Notes: generated by a model not told the origin, from the letters alone. 64,000 nt of DNA from Octopus sinensis (GCF_006345805.1 NC_043003.1:107074001-107138000); one strand, 5' to 3'; counted from the stretch's first letter, positions 49,182 to 62,335 are shown. Translations and numbers: made by a program.

Positions 49182-49956
49182 GAGTGAGAGAGCAGTGCAT
49201 GCCATCAAAGTGTCACTGGGGTACAAGTATACAAAGCCCAATATATCCATCATGATAAGGTGTACCCTCATAAGGGGACACCAAGTACATGCATCACAAC
49301 CATACATGTGCAACAGGTATCAGGATAAACAGCGCATGACCTTGCAGGTGAGGTCCAGTTAGAATTCTCTTCAGGTCAAGTAGCTCATCCTGCTCAAAAG
49401 GTCCCTGAATAAGGGTTGTTTAAGGATGTTGAATGAAACACCCATATTTCTAAAGGTGAATTATCCAAACTCCAAAGAATTCCTTTCAACACACGGCTAT
49501 GATGCTTCTCCACTACTTCTGCTTGTGATCAGAGATGCACATATCGTCAGCCACTAAGGGACATGGTCAATTAGTTAAGGTCAAACAACTGACAAGCAAA
49601 TCTGTGGTATTGGCCAGAATAAGGTGGCGAGCTGGCAGAAACGTTAGCACGTCAGGCGAAATGCTTAGCGGTATTTCGTCTTCCGCTACGTTCTTTGCCT
49701 TTCATCCTTTTGGGGTCGATTAAATAAGTACCAGTTACGCACTGGGGTCGATATAATCGACTTAATCCTTTTGTCCGTCCTTGTTTGTCCTCTCTGTGTT
49801 TAGCCCCTTGTGGGTAGTAAAGAAAAAGGTATTGAGCAGAATATTTACTGTAGCCCATCTTTTATACCAAGACAAAACAATGTACATGATAACACTTCCA
49901 ACCAGTTAAGATGAGAAGCCATGTGAGCTACTGTCTGGTAATGCATCAGGGCATTT
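49182..49956. mobile_element. Unclassified 557-bp element, copy 3, with a nested SINE-B (49621-49827)
   Basis: 15-bp TSD ggtattg(g/a)(c/g)cagaat at 49606-49620 / 49828-49842; (ATT)n flanks. Confidence 0.75.
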
Positions 49957-49990
49957 ATTATTATTATTATTATTATTATTATAATAATAA

Positions 49991-50408
49991 TTGCCTTTGC
50001 GCAGCTTCTAATACTGGAGATGTACTACAGTGTCTACTGTTCCCTAATCGTGAACTAAGGTAACACCTCTTATTTTTCAAGCACCTTACGGAGTATTCAA
50101 GCAGTTCCAAGCAGTGCTGCTTTCTGCAAGTGCTCCACCCTTATTGCAGCCCCTATTTGTTCCACGTACTTCTTGAGATTTTTGCTCACTGTTCCCAGGG
50201 CTCTGACAATTATTGGTACTGCTACCACTTTTTTCATCGACCACAACTGTTTAACTTCCCAAGCTAACCTGTCATATCTCTCAACTTTTCTTTCTTCCTT
50301 ATTGCATACCTTGTTGTCAGCTGGGCATGCTATATCTTATGATCCAGCATAGTTTGCTTTCTTTCTCAATTATGTCTGGCTTCCTATTCCCTATCTCATG
50401 GTCACACT
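49991..50408 (-). mobile_element. R4/Dong 3' fragment, copy 2
   Basis: Homologous to 31168-31550; (ATA/ATT)n on both sides. Confidence 0.82.
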
Positions 50409-50718
50409 ATTATTATTATTATTATAATGAAGATGGCAGATAAATTGTCAGATACATTTATGTGTTTCTTTCCAATGTTAACACTAAAAATATTTTTATT
50501 GTTGTGCTTTAAGGGGTTTTTCTTTTAGTTGCCCTTTACTTCCTCTTGAATTGTTATTTATAGTTTTGAAATTTGGAGGAAAAAATGAGGAAAATAATTG
50601 TTTGTAGGGTAAAATAAATGGAAATATATGAACAAATTTATCTGACAGCCCTGTAGATCCCCACTAATCCTTTTATGCTCGTGTAGTGTGTCAAGAGTAA
50701 CCATGCATAGCATGATTA

Positions 50719-50938
50719 CCCTTTAGCATTCAAACTGGCCATATCCGGCCAAAATATTTAACCTGTTTTATATTGAAACTGACCAGCTCTCACCTCTCAC
50801 CTCAGCCCTACCATGTCATTCTAAAACTAAAAAATAGCATCACTGAAATCTCTAAATTACAAGATAATGCAGGATTAATTCAAAACAATATAAATAAACA
50901 AACATCACATTTGACAGAATAATCTGAACTCTAAAGGG
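50719..50938. mobile_element. piggyBac-type MITE (second family; relatives at about 42738-42948 and 41428-41540)
   Basis: CCCTTTAG...CTAAAGGG|TTAA. Confidence 0.65.
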
Positions 50939-51271
50939 TTAAAGTCAGGGGTAAGCAACAGCAATTTTGATTGTCAACCAGGAGAATTCATCTACGAAGC
51001 AATTGCCCCAGCTCCCCTTCAGCGTTGGTGAAAGTGATGTGGTGGACAACGAAAAACCTGACTGATGACAGTCAAGGCTGGTCTGGAACCCAGCCTAGGC
51101 CCCCCATATCTACGGCATTTGCCGCTGGAATAAGGAGTGGTTGGAGATTACGCGGTCATTAGCCTCAAATCGCCAGGTCTGGTCGGCATTTGTGAGAGAT
51201 GCAGCATTGAATGCTGTCTCAAGAGAAGAAAAAAGAAGGGGTAAGCAAAATAAAATGGTTCAACCTGGAAT

Positions 51272-51538
51272 TGTTAATCCACCTCTTAAAAATGGATATT
51301 AAGAATTTACCTGCGTGTTAATCCACCTCTTAAAAATGGATATTAAGAATTTACCTTGCGTGTTAATCCACCTCTTAAAAATGGATATTAAGAACTTACC
51401 TGCGTGTTAATCCACCTCTTAAAAATGGATATTAAGAACTTACCTGCGTGTTAATCCACCTCTTAAAAATGGATATTAAGCATTTACCTTGCGTGTTAAT
51501 CCACCTCTTAAAAATGGATATTAAGAACTTACCTGGCG
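51272..51538. repeat. 44-45-bp minisatellite x6 spanning the DRC9 exon/intron junction
   Basis: Unit tgttaatccacctcttaaaaatggatattaagaa(c/t)ttacctgcg. Confidence 0.95.
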
Positions 51539-51664
51539 TGTTAAGTCGACCAGTCTCTTCCAATCAGTATTTTTCAAGGTCTTCAGATCATCCAACTGTT
51601 TCTGTTTGTCTTCAACATCTTTCTCGTGCTTTTCCATCCAAAATTCTAATTTTTCATCCAGACG
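51533..51664 (-). CDS. IQCG: DRC9/IQCG internal exon
   Basis: gaaacag|RLDEKLEFWMEKHEKDVEDKQKQLDDLKTLKNTDWKRLVDLTRQ|gtaagt; 132 nt; cf. LEFWMEKYDKD. Confidence 0.92.
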
Positions 51665-52186
51665 CTGTTTCATAATTTATACAAATACATAAATTAATAT
51701 TGGTTTCACATTTTAGCACAAAGCCAGAAACTTCAGGGGAGGGGTTAAATTGATTACATCGACCCCAGTACACAACTGGTACTTATTTTATCAACCCCAA
51801 AAGGTTGAAAGGGCAAAGGTATAATTTGAACTCAGAACATGGATGAAATATCGCTAAGCATTTTGCCCAACATCATGCAAACGATTTTGTCAGCTTGCCA
51901 CCTTAATATGTCAATTAATATTACCAAATATAAACATTATATTGCCTAAGTTTTTACGGGGTTTTGCAGGGGTGGGGTGAAATGAAATGTGTTTTTACAG
52001 GACTAAAATGTGCTTTGATGGACTAAATTTATTCTGTTGGACTAAATGTATTTTGACAACTTTCAGAATTAAAATGAAGAGAAAGTGGGCGAAAGAAGTC
52101 AAGGTTTTAGTTCCTCATAAATGTGTTTATTGCTAAAGTGAGTTTATTGGATATGAAAGTCCAAAAGGGAACAGCAACAACAAAGT

Positions 52187-52530
52187 GGAGGCGCAATGGC
52201 CCAGTGGTTAGGGCAGCGGACTTGTGGTCGGAGGATTGCGGTTTCGATTCCCAGACCGGGCGTTGTGTATGTTTATTGAGCGAAAACACCTAAAGCTCCA
52301 CAAGGCTCTGACAGGGGGTGGTGGCGACCCCTGTTGTACTCTTTCGCTCCAACTTTCTCTCACTCTTTCTTCCTGTTTCTTGTCCCCGACTTCCTACGCA
52401 ACCACTGAGCCTGGATGCGCATTCATCCATCCGTCGATGCTCTTGGTGTTGAGGGTTGACCTGCTTTCTCTTCTGCAGGTCTTACGAATAGCAAAGGACC
52501 ACGTTTCGGACTTCCCCCACTAAGGGACGA
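52187..52530 (+). mobile_element. SINE family C head joined to a different 3' body
   Basis: Family C homology ends at about 52378. Confidence 0.65.
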
Positions 52531-52686
52531 AGACTGCTATGCTCAACAAACAAACGACAAAAAGAAAGAAAATTCTTTCATAAAGTGACAAAGTTGTTGA
52601 CTGATTCTGGAATTACGTTTGATGGAAGTCATTTGCATCCAACCAGTGGTGAGAATAGGAACAGAAAGGAGAGAGAAAGTGCAGAT

Positions 52687-52735
<49 letters not shown>

Positions 52736-52831
52736 AAAGTTAATTCAAACATGAAAACACAAAGGGAAAACACAACGACGCGAAGACGTGGAACAAGTAT
52801 AGTATTATTGGACCCTCAGGAAAGAAGGAGG

Positions 52832-52866
52832 GTCTAACGTTTCGAACGGAGCTCTTCGTCAGAAAC
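52832..52866 (-). ncRNA. Minimal (Penelope-type) hammerhead-like motif
   Basis: GUUU-CUGACGA-A-GAGC UCC GUUC-GAAAC GU U-AGAC, inside a ~200-bp element flanked by (TA)n. Confidence 0.55.
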
Positions 52867-54111
52867 ATAGGAAAAGGAAAGATCCAAAGAAGAGAAGACG
52901 GAGGAAAAGAAATCGCCGACGGTACACACACGGTCACATTTTGAATGACCGTATATAGATATATATACACACATATATTTTCATATATATATATATATAT
53001 ATATATAGATATGCTGTGTGTGTTTGTGAGTGTGTGTGTATGTGTGTGTGTGCGTGTATGTGTGTGTATGTGTGTGTGAGTGTGTGCGTGTCTTTGTGCC
53101 TGAGTATGTCCACCACTACTACTTGACAACCAGCCCTGTTGTGTTTACATCCCCATAACTTAGTGGTTCAGCAAAAGAGATTGATAGAATAAATACCAGG
53201 CTTTAAAAAAAGAGAAAAAAAAAAGTACCAGAGTCGATTCATTCAGCTAAAAGAGTTCTTCAAGTCAGTGCTCCAGCATGGCCACATGTCTAATGACTGA
53301 AGCAAGTTAACGACAAAAGATAAAAGGCAAATAGATTTAGTTTCATTTCTTAAGGATTTCATCTCAAATGCTCTCCTGATCAATTTTCTCTTTCATCTCC
53401 CTGATATTAATAAATTAAGTGCCATGTATTTATGTGGGATCAATTCAACTGACATTCTTTCTTCCCTGCAAATCTTTACCCTTGAACCATGAATGCGAAC
53501 CGTTTTACTTTTGTATTTTTTATTACGAAATGGAGGAAAAAAAATTACAGTAAAATTTTTATTAATGGAAGCATGATAGATTTTTCATTTTCTAGTTGGA
53601 TACCACATTTTCTGCTGTAGAAAAAATTCAGAGCGTGTCTCTCCTCTTTTTACAATGGGCCTCTCAGTTCCAATTCTAATTAGCTATTGAACAAGAGGAA
53701 CTTATCGACAAAGAATTTCAATGGCAATCAGTACGAAATAGTATTCTAAAAGAGACATAGCCTGGCTTCTTTTATTTTCTTTCAGCTTGTACTGTAATGA
53801 CAAGACAGAATAAATAGTTCTAAGAGCAGAAAGGATAAAAAAATATATATAATTCTTATTAATAAATTCTTTTTATACCATCTTTATGCTACAAGGTAGA
53901 AGAGATAGAAATAGGATGGGTGGGGACAAAAAAAAAGGTAAGTGGCTGTATTTAGCTTCATCTTTCTAAGTTTTGAGTTCCAATCACAGCAAGGTTGATG
54001 ACATAACAATCAGACCAGACTGGAGCTGTTCCAGTCGATTCCGACTCCTCTATCACAAAATTAATTTTCATGAAAGAAGTCAAATTCTTATTATGAACGT
54101 ATATAGGCATA

Positions 54112-54276
54112 GGAGTGGCTGTGTGGTAAGTAGCTTGCTTACGAACCACATGGTTCCGGGTTCAGTTCTACTGCATGGCACCTTGGGCAAGTGTCTTCTA
54201 CTATAGCTTCAGGATAACCAAATCCTTGTGAGTGGATTTGGTAGACAGAAACTGAAAGAAGCCTGTCGTATATATG

Positions 54277-54310
<34 letters not shown>

Positions 54311-54558
54311 GTGTGTGTGTGTGTGTGTGTGTGTGTTTGTGTGTCCGTGTTTCCCTCCCGCAACATCACTTGACAACCGATGCTGGTGTGTTTACATCCC
54401 AGTAACTTAGCAGTTCAGCAAAAGAGACAGATAGAATAAGTACTAGGTTTACAAAGAATAAGTCCTGGGGTCGATTTGTTCGACTAAAGGTGGTGCTCCA
54501 GCATGGCCGCAGTCAAATGACTAAAACAAGTAAAAGAGTAAAAGAGTAAAAGAGTATA
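54112..54558 (+). mobile_element. SINE family A, full length
   Basis: Head, gcaccttgggcaagtg CORE-like motif, internal (TA)(TG)n and (taaaagag)3 tail. Confidence 0.88.
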
Positions 54559-54784
54559 CAGACACATCATCATCATTACCAAATATCATTTTTCCAGGCA
54601 TAGATTGGATGGCATGGATGGATGGTCTCATAGGAGCTGGCCAGGCTGGAGAGCTGCCCCAGGCTCCAGTTGTCTGCTCTGGCTTGGCTTCTACAGCTGG
54701 ATGTCCTTCCTAATGCCAACCACTTTACAGAGTGTACTGGGCACTTTTGCTATGGCACAATAAATTTTATTTGTTTATAGATTA

Positions 54785-55081
54785 CTAGCAGTATCGCCCG
54801 GCGTTGCTCGGGTTTGTAAGGGAAATAACTATATAAGCATTTTTAGAGAGTTACTTCCCTTATATAATAGCAAAAAAAGGCATTAAAAATGGGAAAAAAT
54901 GATGGTAAATTTTTTTTAATCGTAGACTCATCGTAGACGCATGCTAATACCCAGAAGGGCTCGATATGGGACACAACTATAAGATACCCGCTTTTGGTTA
55001 AACTGCACCGCAAAATGTGGGAGTAGTTAGGAATCTAAATCGTAGGAGACAGACACACAACTTCACTTTTATATATAAAGA
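54785..55081 (-). mobile_element. Non-autonomous Helitron-like element
   Basis: A^TC...cccgagcaacgccggg hairpin...CTAG^T. Confidence 0.8.
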
Positions 55082-55459
55082 TGTAACGGATGATACACAA
55101 CAGATCACCATAACCAATGAAGATGTTTACAGTTCTTGTTTCTAGAAGGATCTCAAGGATTCTCAACCGATTCCCAGCCATGACACAAATTTGGTTTTGA
55201 TGTAAATTCTCAAAATTTTGTGAAGACAAAATCTTCTACTTTATCTTCTGCTTGTATCAATCATTAGACGGTGGCCATGCTGGGGCACTCGTTTGAAGAA
55301 TTTTTAGTTGACTGAATCAACACCAGTAGTTTTATTTCTTAAGCCTGGCACTCATTCTATCGGTTGCTTTTGCTGAACTGCTAAGTTGCAGTTACATAAA
55401 GAAAACAACACCAGTTACCAAGAAGTAATAGAGGACAGACACACACAGAAACACATGGT

Positions 55460-55681
55460 GACGATGACGGTGGTGGTGGTGGTGGTGGTGGTGGTGGTGG
55501 TGGTGATAATGACGATGATGATGATGGTGGTGGTGGTGGTGATGATGATGACAATGATGATGGTGGTGGTGGTGATGATGATGGTGGTGGTGGTGGTGAT
55601 AATGATGACGATGATGATGGTGGTGGTGGTGGTGATGATGATGGTGGTGGTGGTGTGGTGGTGGTGATGATGGTGGTGGTG

Positions 55682-55715
<34 letters not shown>

Positions 55716-56155
55716 GATAATGATGACGATGATGGTGGTGGTGGTGGTGATGATGATGGTGGTGGTGGTGATAATGACGATGATGATGATGGTGGTGGTG
55801 GTGGTGATAATGATGACGATGATGGTGGTGGTGGTGGTGATGATGGTGGTGGTGATAATGATGACGATGATGATGGTGGTGGTGATAATGATGATGATGA
55901 TGGAGATGGTGGTGGTGTTAATGATGACGATGATGGTGGTGGTGGTGGTGGTGGTGATGATGATGATGGTGGTGGTGGTGATAATGATGACGATGATGGA
56001 GATGGTGGTGGTGTGGTGATGATGATGATGGTGGTGATAATGATGACGATGATGGAGGTGGTGGTGGTGGTGATGATGATGATGGTGGTGATAATGATGA
56101 CGATGATGACGATGATGATGATGTTGGTAGTGGTGGTGGTGGTGGTGATGACGGC
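55460..56155. repeat. (GGT/GAT)n compound microsatellite
   Basis: Direct inspection. Confidence 0.93.
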
Positions 56156-56224
56156 GAGCATTAAACTAATACATCTGTTTGCTGTTTACACACCCATCTT
56201 CGTCTTTTGTGTTTTTGTAAATTC

Positions 56225-56266
<42 letters not shown>

Positions 56267-56470
56267 TGACAACTAAATCCACAAGTTTTCTTTTATTCTC
56301 TCTCTGTTTCTTTCCTCATGTTCCTTTCTGTCGAAGAGCTTAGGCTCAAAACATAAAGGACTTTCTCACCTTTCTGAGCATCAAACTAATACACATGCTT
56401 GTTGTTCATACACTTGTCTTTGTCTTTTGTTTTGCTGTAAATTTCAACTATACATACATACATATATATA

Positions 56471-56573
<103 letters not shown>

Positions 56574-56964
56574 GTGTATATATTCTTTGAGTTTCCATTT
56601 ACCAAATCCACTCACAAGACTTTGGTCAGCTCAAGGCTATAGCAGAAGACACTTGTCCAAGATGCCACCCAGTGGGACTGAACCTGGAACCATGTGGTTG
56701 GGAAGTGAGCTTCTTTATTTCATTGAATTGGCCATATTGGCCTTACAAAGAGAAGCTTGTGGGCTGGACATGGACAAGATGAGATGAAATGAAACAAAAT
56801 GATACAGATGAGGGGGATGTCGGCCCCCACCGACCGACAAACGAGCTTCTTCACCATACAACCACATCTGCACCCACACCCTGCACCAAAGCTGTGTGCA
56901 AGGTTTTGCATTTAAATGCAGACTATTACGATAGTAAGGAGAGAAATGCAAAATGGCCAACAGT

Positions 56965-57422
56965 GCTCTTTTACTTGTTTCAGTTATTTGACTGCGGCCA
57001 TGCTGGAGCAGCGCCTTTAGTCGAGCAAATCAACCCCAGAATAAATTTTTTTTAAGCCTAGTACTTATTTTATTGGTCTCTTTGCCGGATCGCTAAACAA
57101 CCCCAGGATAAATTTTTTTTAAGCCTAGTACTTATTTTATTGGTCTCTTTGCCGGATCGCTAAGTTACAGGGACGTAAACACACCAGCATCAGTTGTCAA
57201 CCGATGTTGGGAGGACAAACACAGATACACAAACATATACACATACATATATACATATATACGACAGGCTTCTTTCAGTTTCCATCTACCAAATCCAATC
57301 ACAAGACTTTGGTCGGCCCGAGGCTATAGTAGAAGACACTTGTCCAAGGTGCCACGCAGTGGGACTGAAACCCAGAACCATGTGGTTGGTAAGCAAGCTA
57401 CTTACCACACAGCCATTCCTAC
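56965..57422 (-). mobile_element. SINE family A with an internal ~68-bp tandem duplication
   Basis: aacccca...ggatcgctaa occurs twice. Confidence 0.82.
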
Positions 57423-57729
57423 GCCTATTGGAAAACTGTTGTACATAGGTACAGGCATGGCTGTGTGGTAAGAAGCTTGCTTGCCAACCACATCATTGAT
57501 AACTGGTATTGGTTTGTTTATGTCCCTGTGACTTGGCAGCTAAGCAGCTGATTAAAGATGTAAAGATTGTATAAGAGGAAGATGATAAGAGAAGATGTAG
57601 GAAGAGTAGTGAAGGCAGATCTTAGATCCTGGACTTAACAGACGACATGACATGTTCCTACCTATTTAACTCACATCAGCATGGGAATGATAAGTATTAA
57701 AACAATTATCAAGAGGAGGAGGAAGGGAG

Positions 57730-58503
57730 GGTGGTGATGACAATGATGAAGATGATGAGGATGGTGATGAATAAGACAATGACAACGATGTCGATTATGA
57801 TGATGATGATGATGATGGTAGTAGTAATGGTCCTGATGGTGGTGTTGGTGATGACGATGATGATGATACAGAAGATGATGGCAACAACAATGGCAGTGGT
57901 GATGGTGATAATCATAAGGGTGATGAAGATTGACGGCAACTATGACGATGACAATGATGATGGTGGTGGTAGTGATGGTGTTGGTGATGATGATGGTGAT
58001 GATGATGGTGGTAGTGGTGGTGGCGATGATGGTGATGGTGATGGTATGGTGGTGGTGACGATGATGGTGATGGTGATGGTGGTGGTGGTGATGATGATGA
58101 TGGTGATGGTGGTGGTGGTGGTGGTGATGACGACAACGAGGATGATAGTGGTGGTGATGATGATGGTGACGGTGGTGGTGGTGGTAGTGGTGGTGGTGGT
58201 AGTGATGATGGTGGTGATGACGACGATGATGATGATGGTAGTAGTGGTGGTGGTGGTGGTGGTGGTGGTGATGATGACAATGACAATGATGATGGTGGTG
58301 ATGATGACGATGATGATGGTGGTGAAGGTGGTGATGGTAATGATGACGATGATGATGAGGATGATGGTGGTGGTGATGATGATGATAATAATGATGGTGG
58401 TGGTAGTGGTGGTGATGATAACGATGATGTTGGGTGTGTTGGTGGTTGTGGTGGTGATGATGACGATGACGATGATGGTGGTGGTGGTGGTGGTGATGAT
58501 GAT
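57730..58503. repeat. (GAT/GGT)n compound microsatellite
   Basis: Direct inspection. Confidence 0.92.
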
Positions 58504-59737
58504 CTTCCATGCCAGACCTAGATCAATAAAAGAATCGCAAATGTTAACTGCAGGCGACAATTGCAACAACATCCTGAGCAACTTGCGGAAATTCTCTTCC
58601 CTTAATTTTTGTTCTTTCGTTAATTTAATTTTTTTGTTTTTTTTGTTTTTTAAAGCAGTTTTTAAAAGTTTTTTGTGCAGTGGAAAGGTCAGTAGCACCA
58701 TCTGTTTGTTCATAGAATTACACAGCCTATGGGAGAGCAACAAAAACACTGCTAACATTTGGAGTCGGATTTCTAAGAACAGGAACTGATAGGGTGAGGT
58801 TATTGCAAAACAAACCAAAAAAAAAAAAAATGGTAGTTCCAGTTTAGCTAAGAATACATCTGATTGAAATAGGTTATATCTATATTATTGGATCTATTCA
58901 TTCACAGAAGTTTTTTCAGTTCACACTCAAAAATCAGTAGGAATTGAACAAAACTCGCAATTTCTATAGGTGAAGAAACTATAGAATTTGAAGAATGCAG
59001 GTTTGAAATTAAGCATAATGTTGCTATTGGTTACTGAATAGGTAGGTGAAATAGTTAGTGTTACTATGTACAATTTTTACATAGAATAAGTTTCTAAACA
59101 AAACCAAAAAGTAAAAACACAATTTAGACTTTCTTTTCAATACAACACAGGAGATTTCTCTTTTATATTTTCAATAATTTAAAATATATTTTTTCTTATT
59201 TTTAGTTAATTGAAATAAAAATTATTATGTATTTAATTAAATTATGCTTTTGTAATGACTCAATTAATGTTTGATTTCTCAATGAAAATCGAAAATAAAA
59301 CTGTAGAAAACATTTCAGCCAAAGAATAAAGCAAGTGTCTGCAGAAATTCTCTGGAAACTTTTCATAATTAAGTAGTGAAAATGGAATTCTTTGACATTT
59401 TATAAAACTTTTGGTTTCTTTTGAGACCTAAATATTCCAGAAGTTCCAATGCCAGGAACTGGTTCAAAGGCCAAACTATTTGCTTACTGATCGAAATTAT
59501 CTTTGCTCAAAGACAAAAAACAAAAAAGAAAGAAAGAAAAACCTTTATAATCATAGTCATGACTGTGTGGGTGTATGGTTCAATCCTTCTTTCAGTACAG
59601 CTTATTGGGCAAGTGTTTTCTACTTTACTGTCAGGTTGACCAATATGTTTGGAGCAGAATTTGGTAGACAGATACTGCAACGGGAGTCATGTGTGTGTAT
59701 ATGTGCATAAGTGAATGCATGCATGCAGTGTTGCATA

Positions 59738-60128
59738 GGAGGGAGGAAGCACTCCGTCGGTTACGACGATGAGGGTTCCGGTTGATCCGAATCAACGGAA
59801 CAGCCTGCTCGTGAAATTAACGTGTAAGTGGCTGAGCACTCCACAGACACGTGTACCCTTAACGTACTTCTCGGGGATATTCAGCGTGACACAGAGAGTG
59901 ACAAGGCCGGCCCTTTGAAATACAGGTACAACAGAAACAGGAAGTAAGAGTGAGAGAAAGTTGTGGCGAAAGAGTACAGCAGGGATCACCACCATCCCCT
60001 GCCAGAGCCTCATGGAGCTTTAGGTGTTTTCGCTCAATAAACACTCACAACGCCCGGTCTGGGAATCGAAACCGCGATCCTATGATCGCGAGTCCGCTGC
60101 CCTAACCACTGGGCCATTGCGCCTCCAC
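59738..60128 (-). mobile_element. SINE family C, full length, with a 12-bp TSD
   Basis: TSD cagtgttgcata at 59726-59737 / 60129-60140. Confidence 0.9.
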
Positions 60129-60214
60129 CAGTGTTGCATAACCAGTCCACTCAAAAGTACCTTCGATTGTAGGACAACATGCCGTGCTTGAGGAGACCTA
60201 GTGAGTCAAGTACA

Positions 60215-60648
60215 TCAAAATCAAATCAAATCACATTCAAATGGAAATTGTAGTTGTGATCCCCATGCCAGTGGCACGTAAAAAGCATCACCTGAATGTG
60301 ATCGATGCCAGTGCCGCCTTGACTGGCTTCCATGCCAGTGGCACGTAAAATGCACCATCTGATCATGGTCGATGTCAGGCTCCCCTGGCATCTGTTACAG
60401 TGGCACATAATAAAGCCTCATTTGAGTGTGGTCGATGCCAGTACCACCTGACTAGCCCTCATGCCGGTGGCACATAAAAAAGCACCCACTATACTCTCGG
60501 AGTGGTTGGCATTAGGAAGGGCATCCAGCTGTAGAAATACTGCCAGATCAAGACTGGAGCCTGGTTTCAGCCTCCTGACTTCTCAGACCCTGTAGAACCG
60601 TCCAACCCATGCCAGTATGAAAAACGGACGTTAAACAATGATGATGAT
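60215..60648 (+). mobile_element. RTE 3'-UTR-type element
   Basis: Subrepeats plus ggttggcattaggaagggcatccag and a gatgatgat tail. Confidence 0.8.
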
Positions 60649-61108
60649 ATATATGTGTGTGTATACATGCATTCATGAATGTAGAGGAGCAGACGCTCAA
60701 AACGTCATATTTCCTACATGTTTGTTGTTCTCTCACCTGTCTTTGTCTTTTCTGTTTTTTGTATAATTTTGAGTCATATATGTACATGTGTATGTGTGCG
60801 TGTGTGTGTACATGTGTATGTGTGCGTGTATGTGTGTACATGGATGGATGCATGCATGCATGATTGCATGATGCATACATGCACATGTGTACATAAATAC
60901 ATATGTATCAATGTATCATTGATGCATGTATACATGAGTGTGCGTGTGTATACATGTGTGTGTATATATGTGTATGCATGTGTGTGTGTGTGTGTGCACA
61001 AGTATGTGTGTGTGTGTGCACATATGCATGTATGATCACACAGTAAAACAAAAGTAAAACAGAAAACTACTATTTTTAAATCTCACAACGAGAGATATTC
61101 AGCAACAG

Positions 61109-61539
61109 TACTTTGGAGTAAAGATTGCCAACATAACATAGCAGTCCTGGTTTAGGACGAATGTTGCTGTAATTTAGCCCCAGGAGACATCGTCTCCAGC
61201 TGGCTATACAACATGATCTGTGTCCTTATATTTTCAAACAAGGGAATCTAGCATACCCCACTCAGCTCAAAACAATATCTGTGTATCATGATTTCCAGGT
61301 TATTTCCCTTCATCAGCACAGAATAATTGTTCGGCTAGAGGTGGCACTGCTAAATTCCTGTTCGAAATATATAGTTTTCAAAGTGACAACTAGTCACTGA
61401 TCTATAAATGAGAAAATATAAGGACACAGATCGTGTCGTATAGCAGGAAATGATGTCTCCTGGGGCTAAATTACAGCAACATTCATCCTAAACCAGGACT
61501 GCCATGTTATGCTGGCAAACAATCTTTACTCTAAAAGTA
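61109..61539. mobile_element. MITE/fold-back element with ~127-bp terminal inverted repeats
   Basis: 61109-61235 is approximately the reverse complement of 61412-61539; TA at both ends. Confidence 0.8.
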
Positions 61540-61595
61540 AAACAGTAAAACAAAAAAAAAAAATAAATAAATACAAATTTGACCATGATCCTTAC

Positions 61596-61670
61596 CATTT
61601 GTAGTTTTCCAAGGTATTGAACAATTTCTGCATTCACTCTGGTTTCTAAGTCAAGCTGAATTTCAACATT
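61596..61670 (-). CDS. IQCG: DRC9/IQCG internal exon (the gene continues beyond the window end)
   Basis: tttatttgtag|NVEIQLDLETRVNAEIVQYLGKLQM|gtaagg; 75 nt, phase 0/0; cf. TEEEARTHTEIEMFLRKEQQ. Confidence 0.8.
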
Positions 61671-61894
61671 CTACAAATAAAAGCAAAATGAAATGGCTAT
61701 TTTCAGAATTGTTTTTGTATTTATTTCTAAAACTTAGTGACACAATCTTTATTATTCTTTCTCTTTTCTTTCTCAGTCCCTGTCCTCCTGACTTTAAATG
61801 AAGACAATTGCATGATATAATTAATTAATTAATTAACAGTCTGCTGTTTCATAACACCCTACTGGAGAAGAAGACTTGTTCATTGATATGGAAC

Positions 61895-62114
61895 TCTCTC
61901 TTTACTCTTTTACTCTTTTACTTGTTTCAGTCATTTGACTGCGGCCATGCTGGAGCACCGCCTTTAGTCGAGCAACTCGACCCCGGGACTTATTCTTTGT
62001 AAGCCCAGTACTTACTCTATCAGTCTCTTTTTGCCGAACCGCTAAGTTACGGGGACATAAATACACCAGCATCGGTTGTCAAGCAATGCTAGGGGGACAA
62101 ACACAGACACACAA

Positions 62115-62164
<50 letters not shown>

Positions 62165-62335
62165 CATATATACGATGGGCTTCTTTCAGTTTCCATCTAC
62201 CAAATCCACTCACAAGGCATTGGTCGGCCCGAGGCTATTGTAGAAGACACTTGCCCAAGGTGCCGTGCAGTGGGACTGAACCCAGAACCATGTGGTTGGT
62301 AAACAAGCTACTTACCACACAGCCACTCCTGCACC
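61895..62335 (-). mobile_element. SINE family A
   Basis: Complete copy. Confidence 0.85.

Noticed and set aside
51000-51225. Possible host exon
   Set aside because: One frame reads like an RTE ORF end (WNKEWLEITRSLASNRQVWSAFVRDA), so it is probably an old LINE fragment; too weak to annotate.
51272-51538. CRISPR-like array (also the 28-bp and 480-bp arrays)
   Set aside because: Head-to-tail repeats without unique spacers, no cas genes, eukaryotic context.
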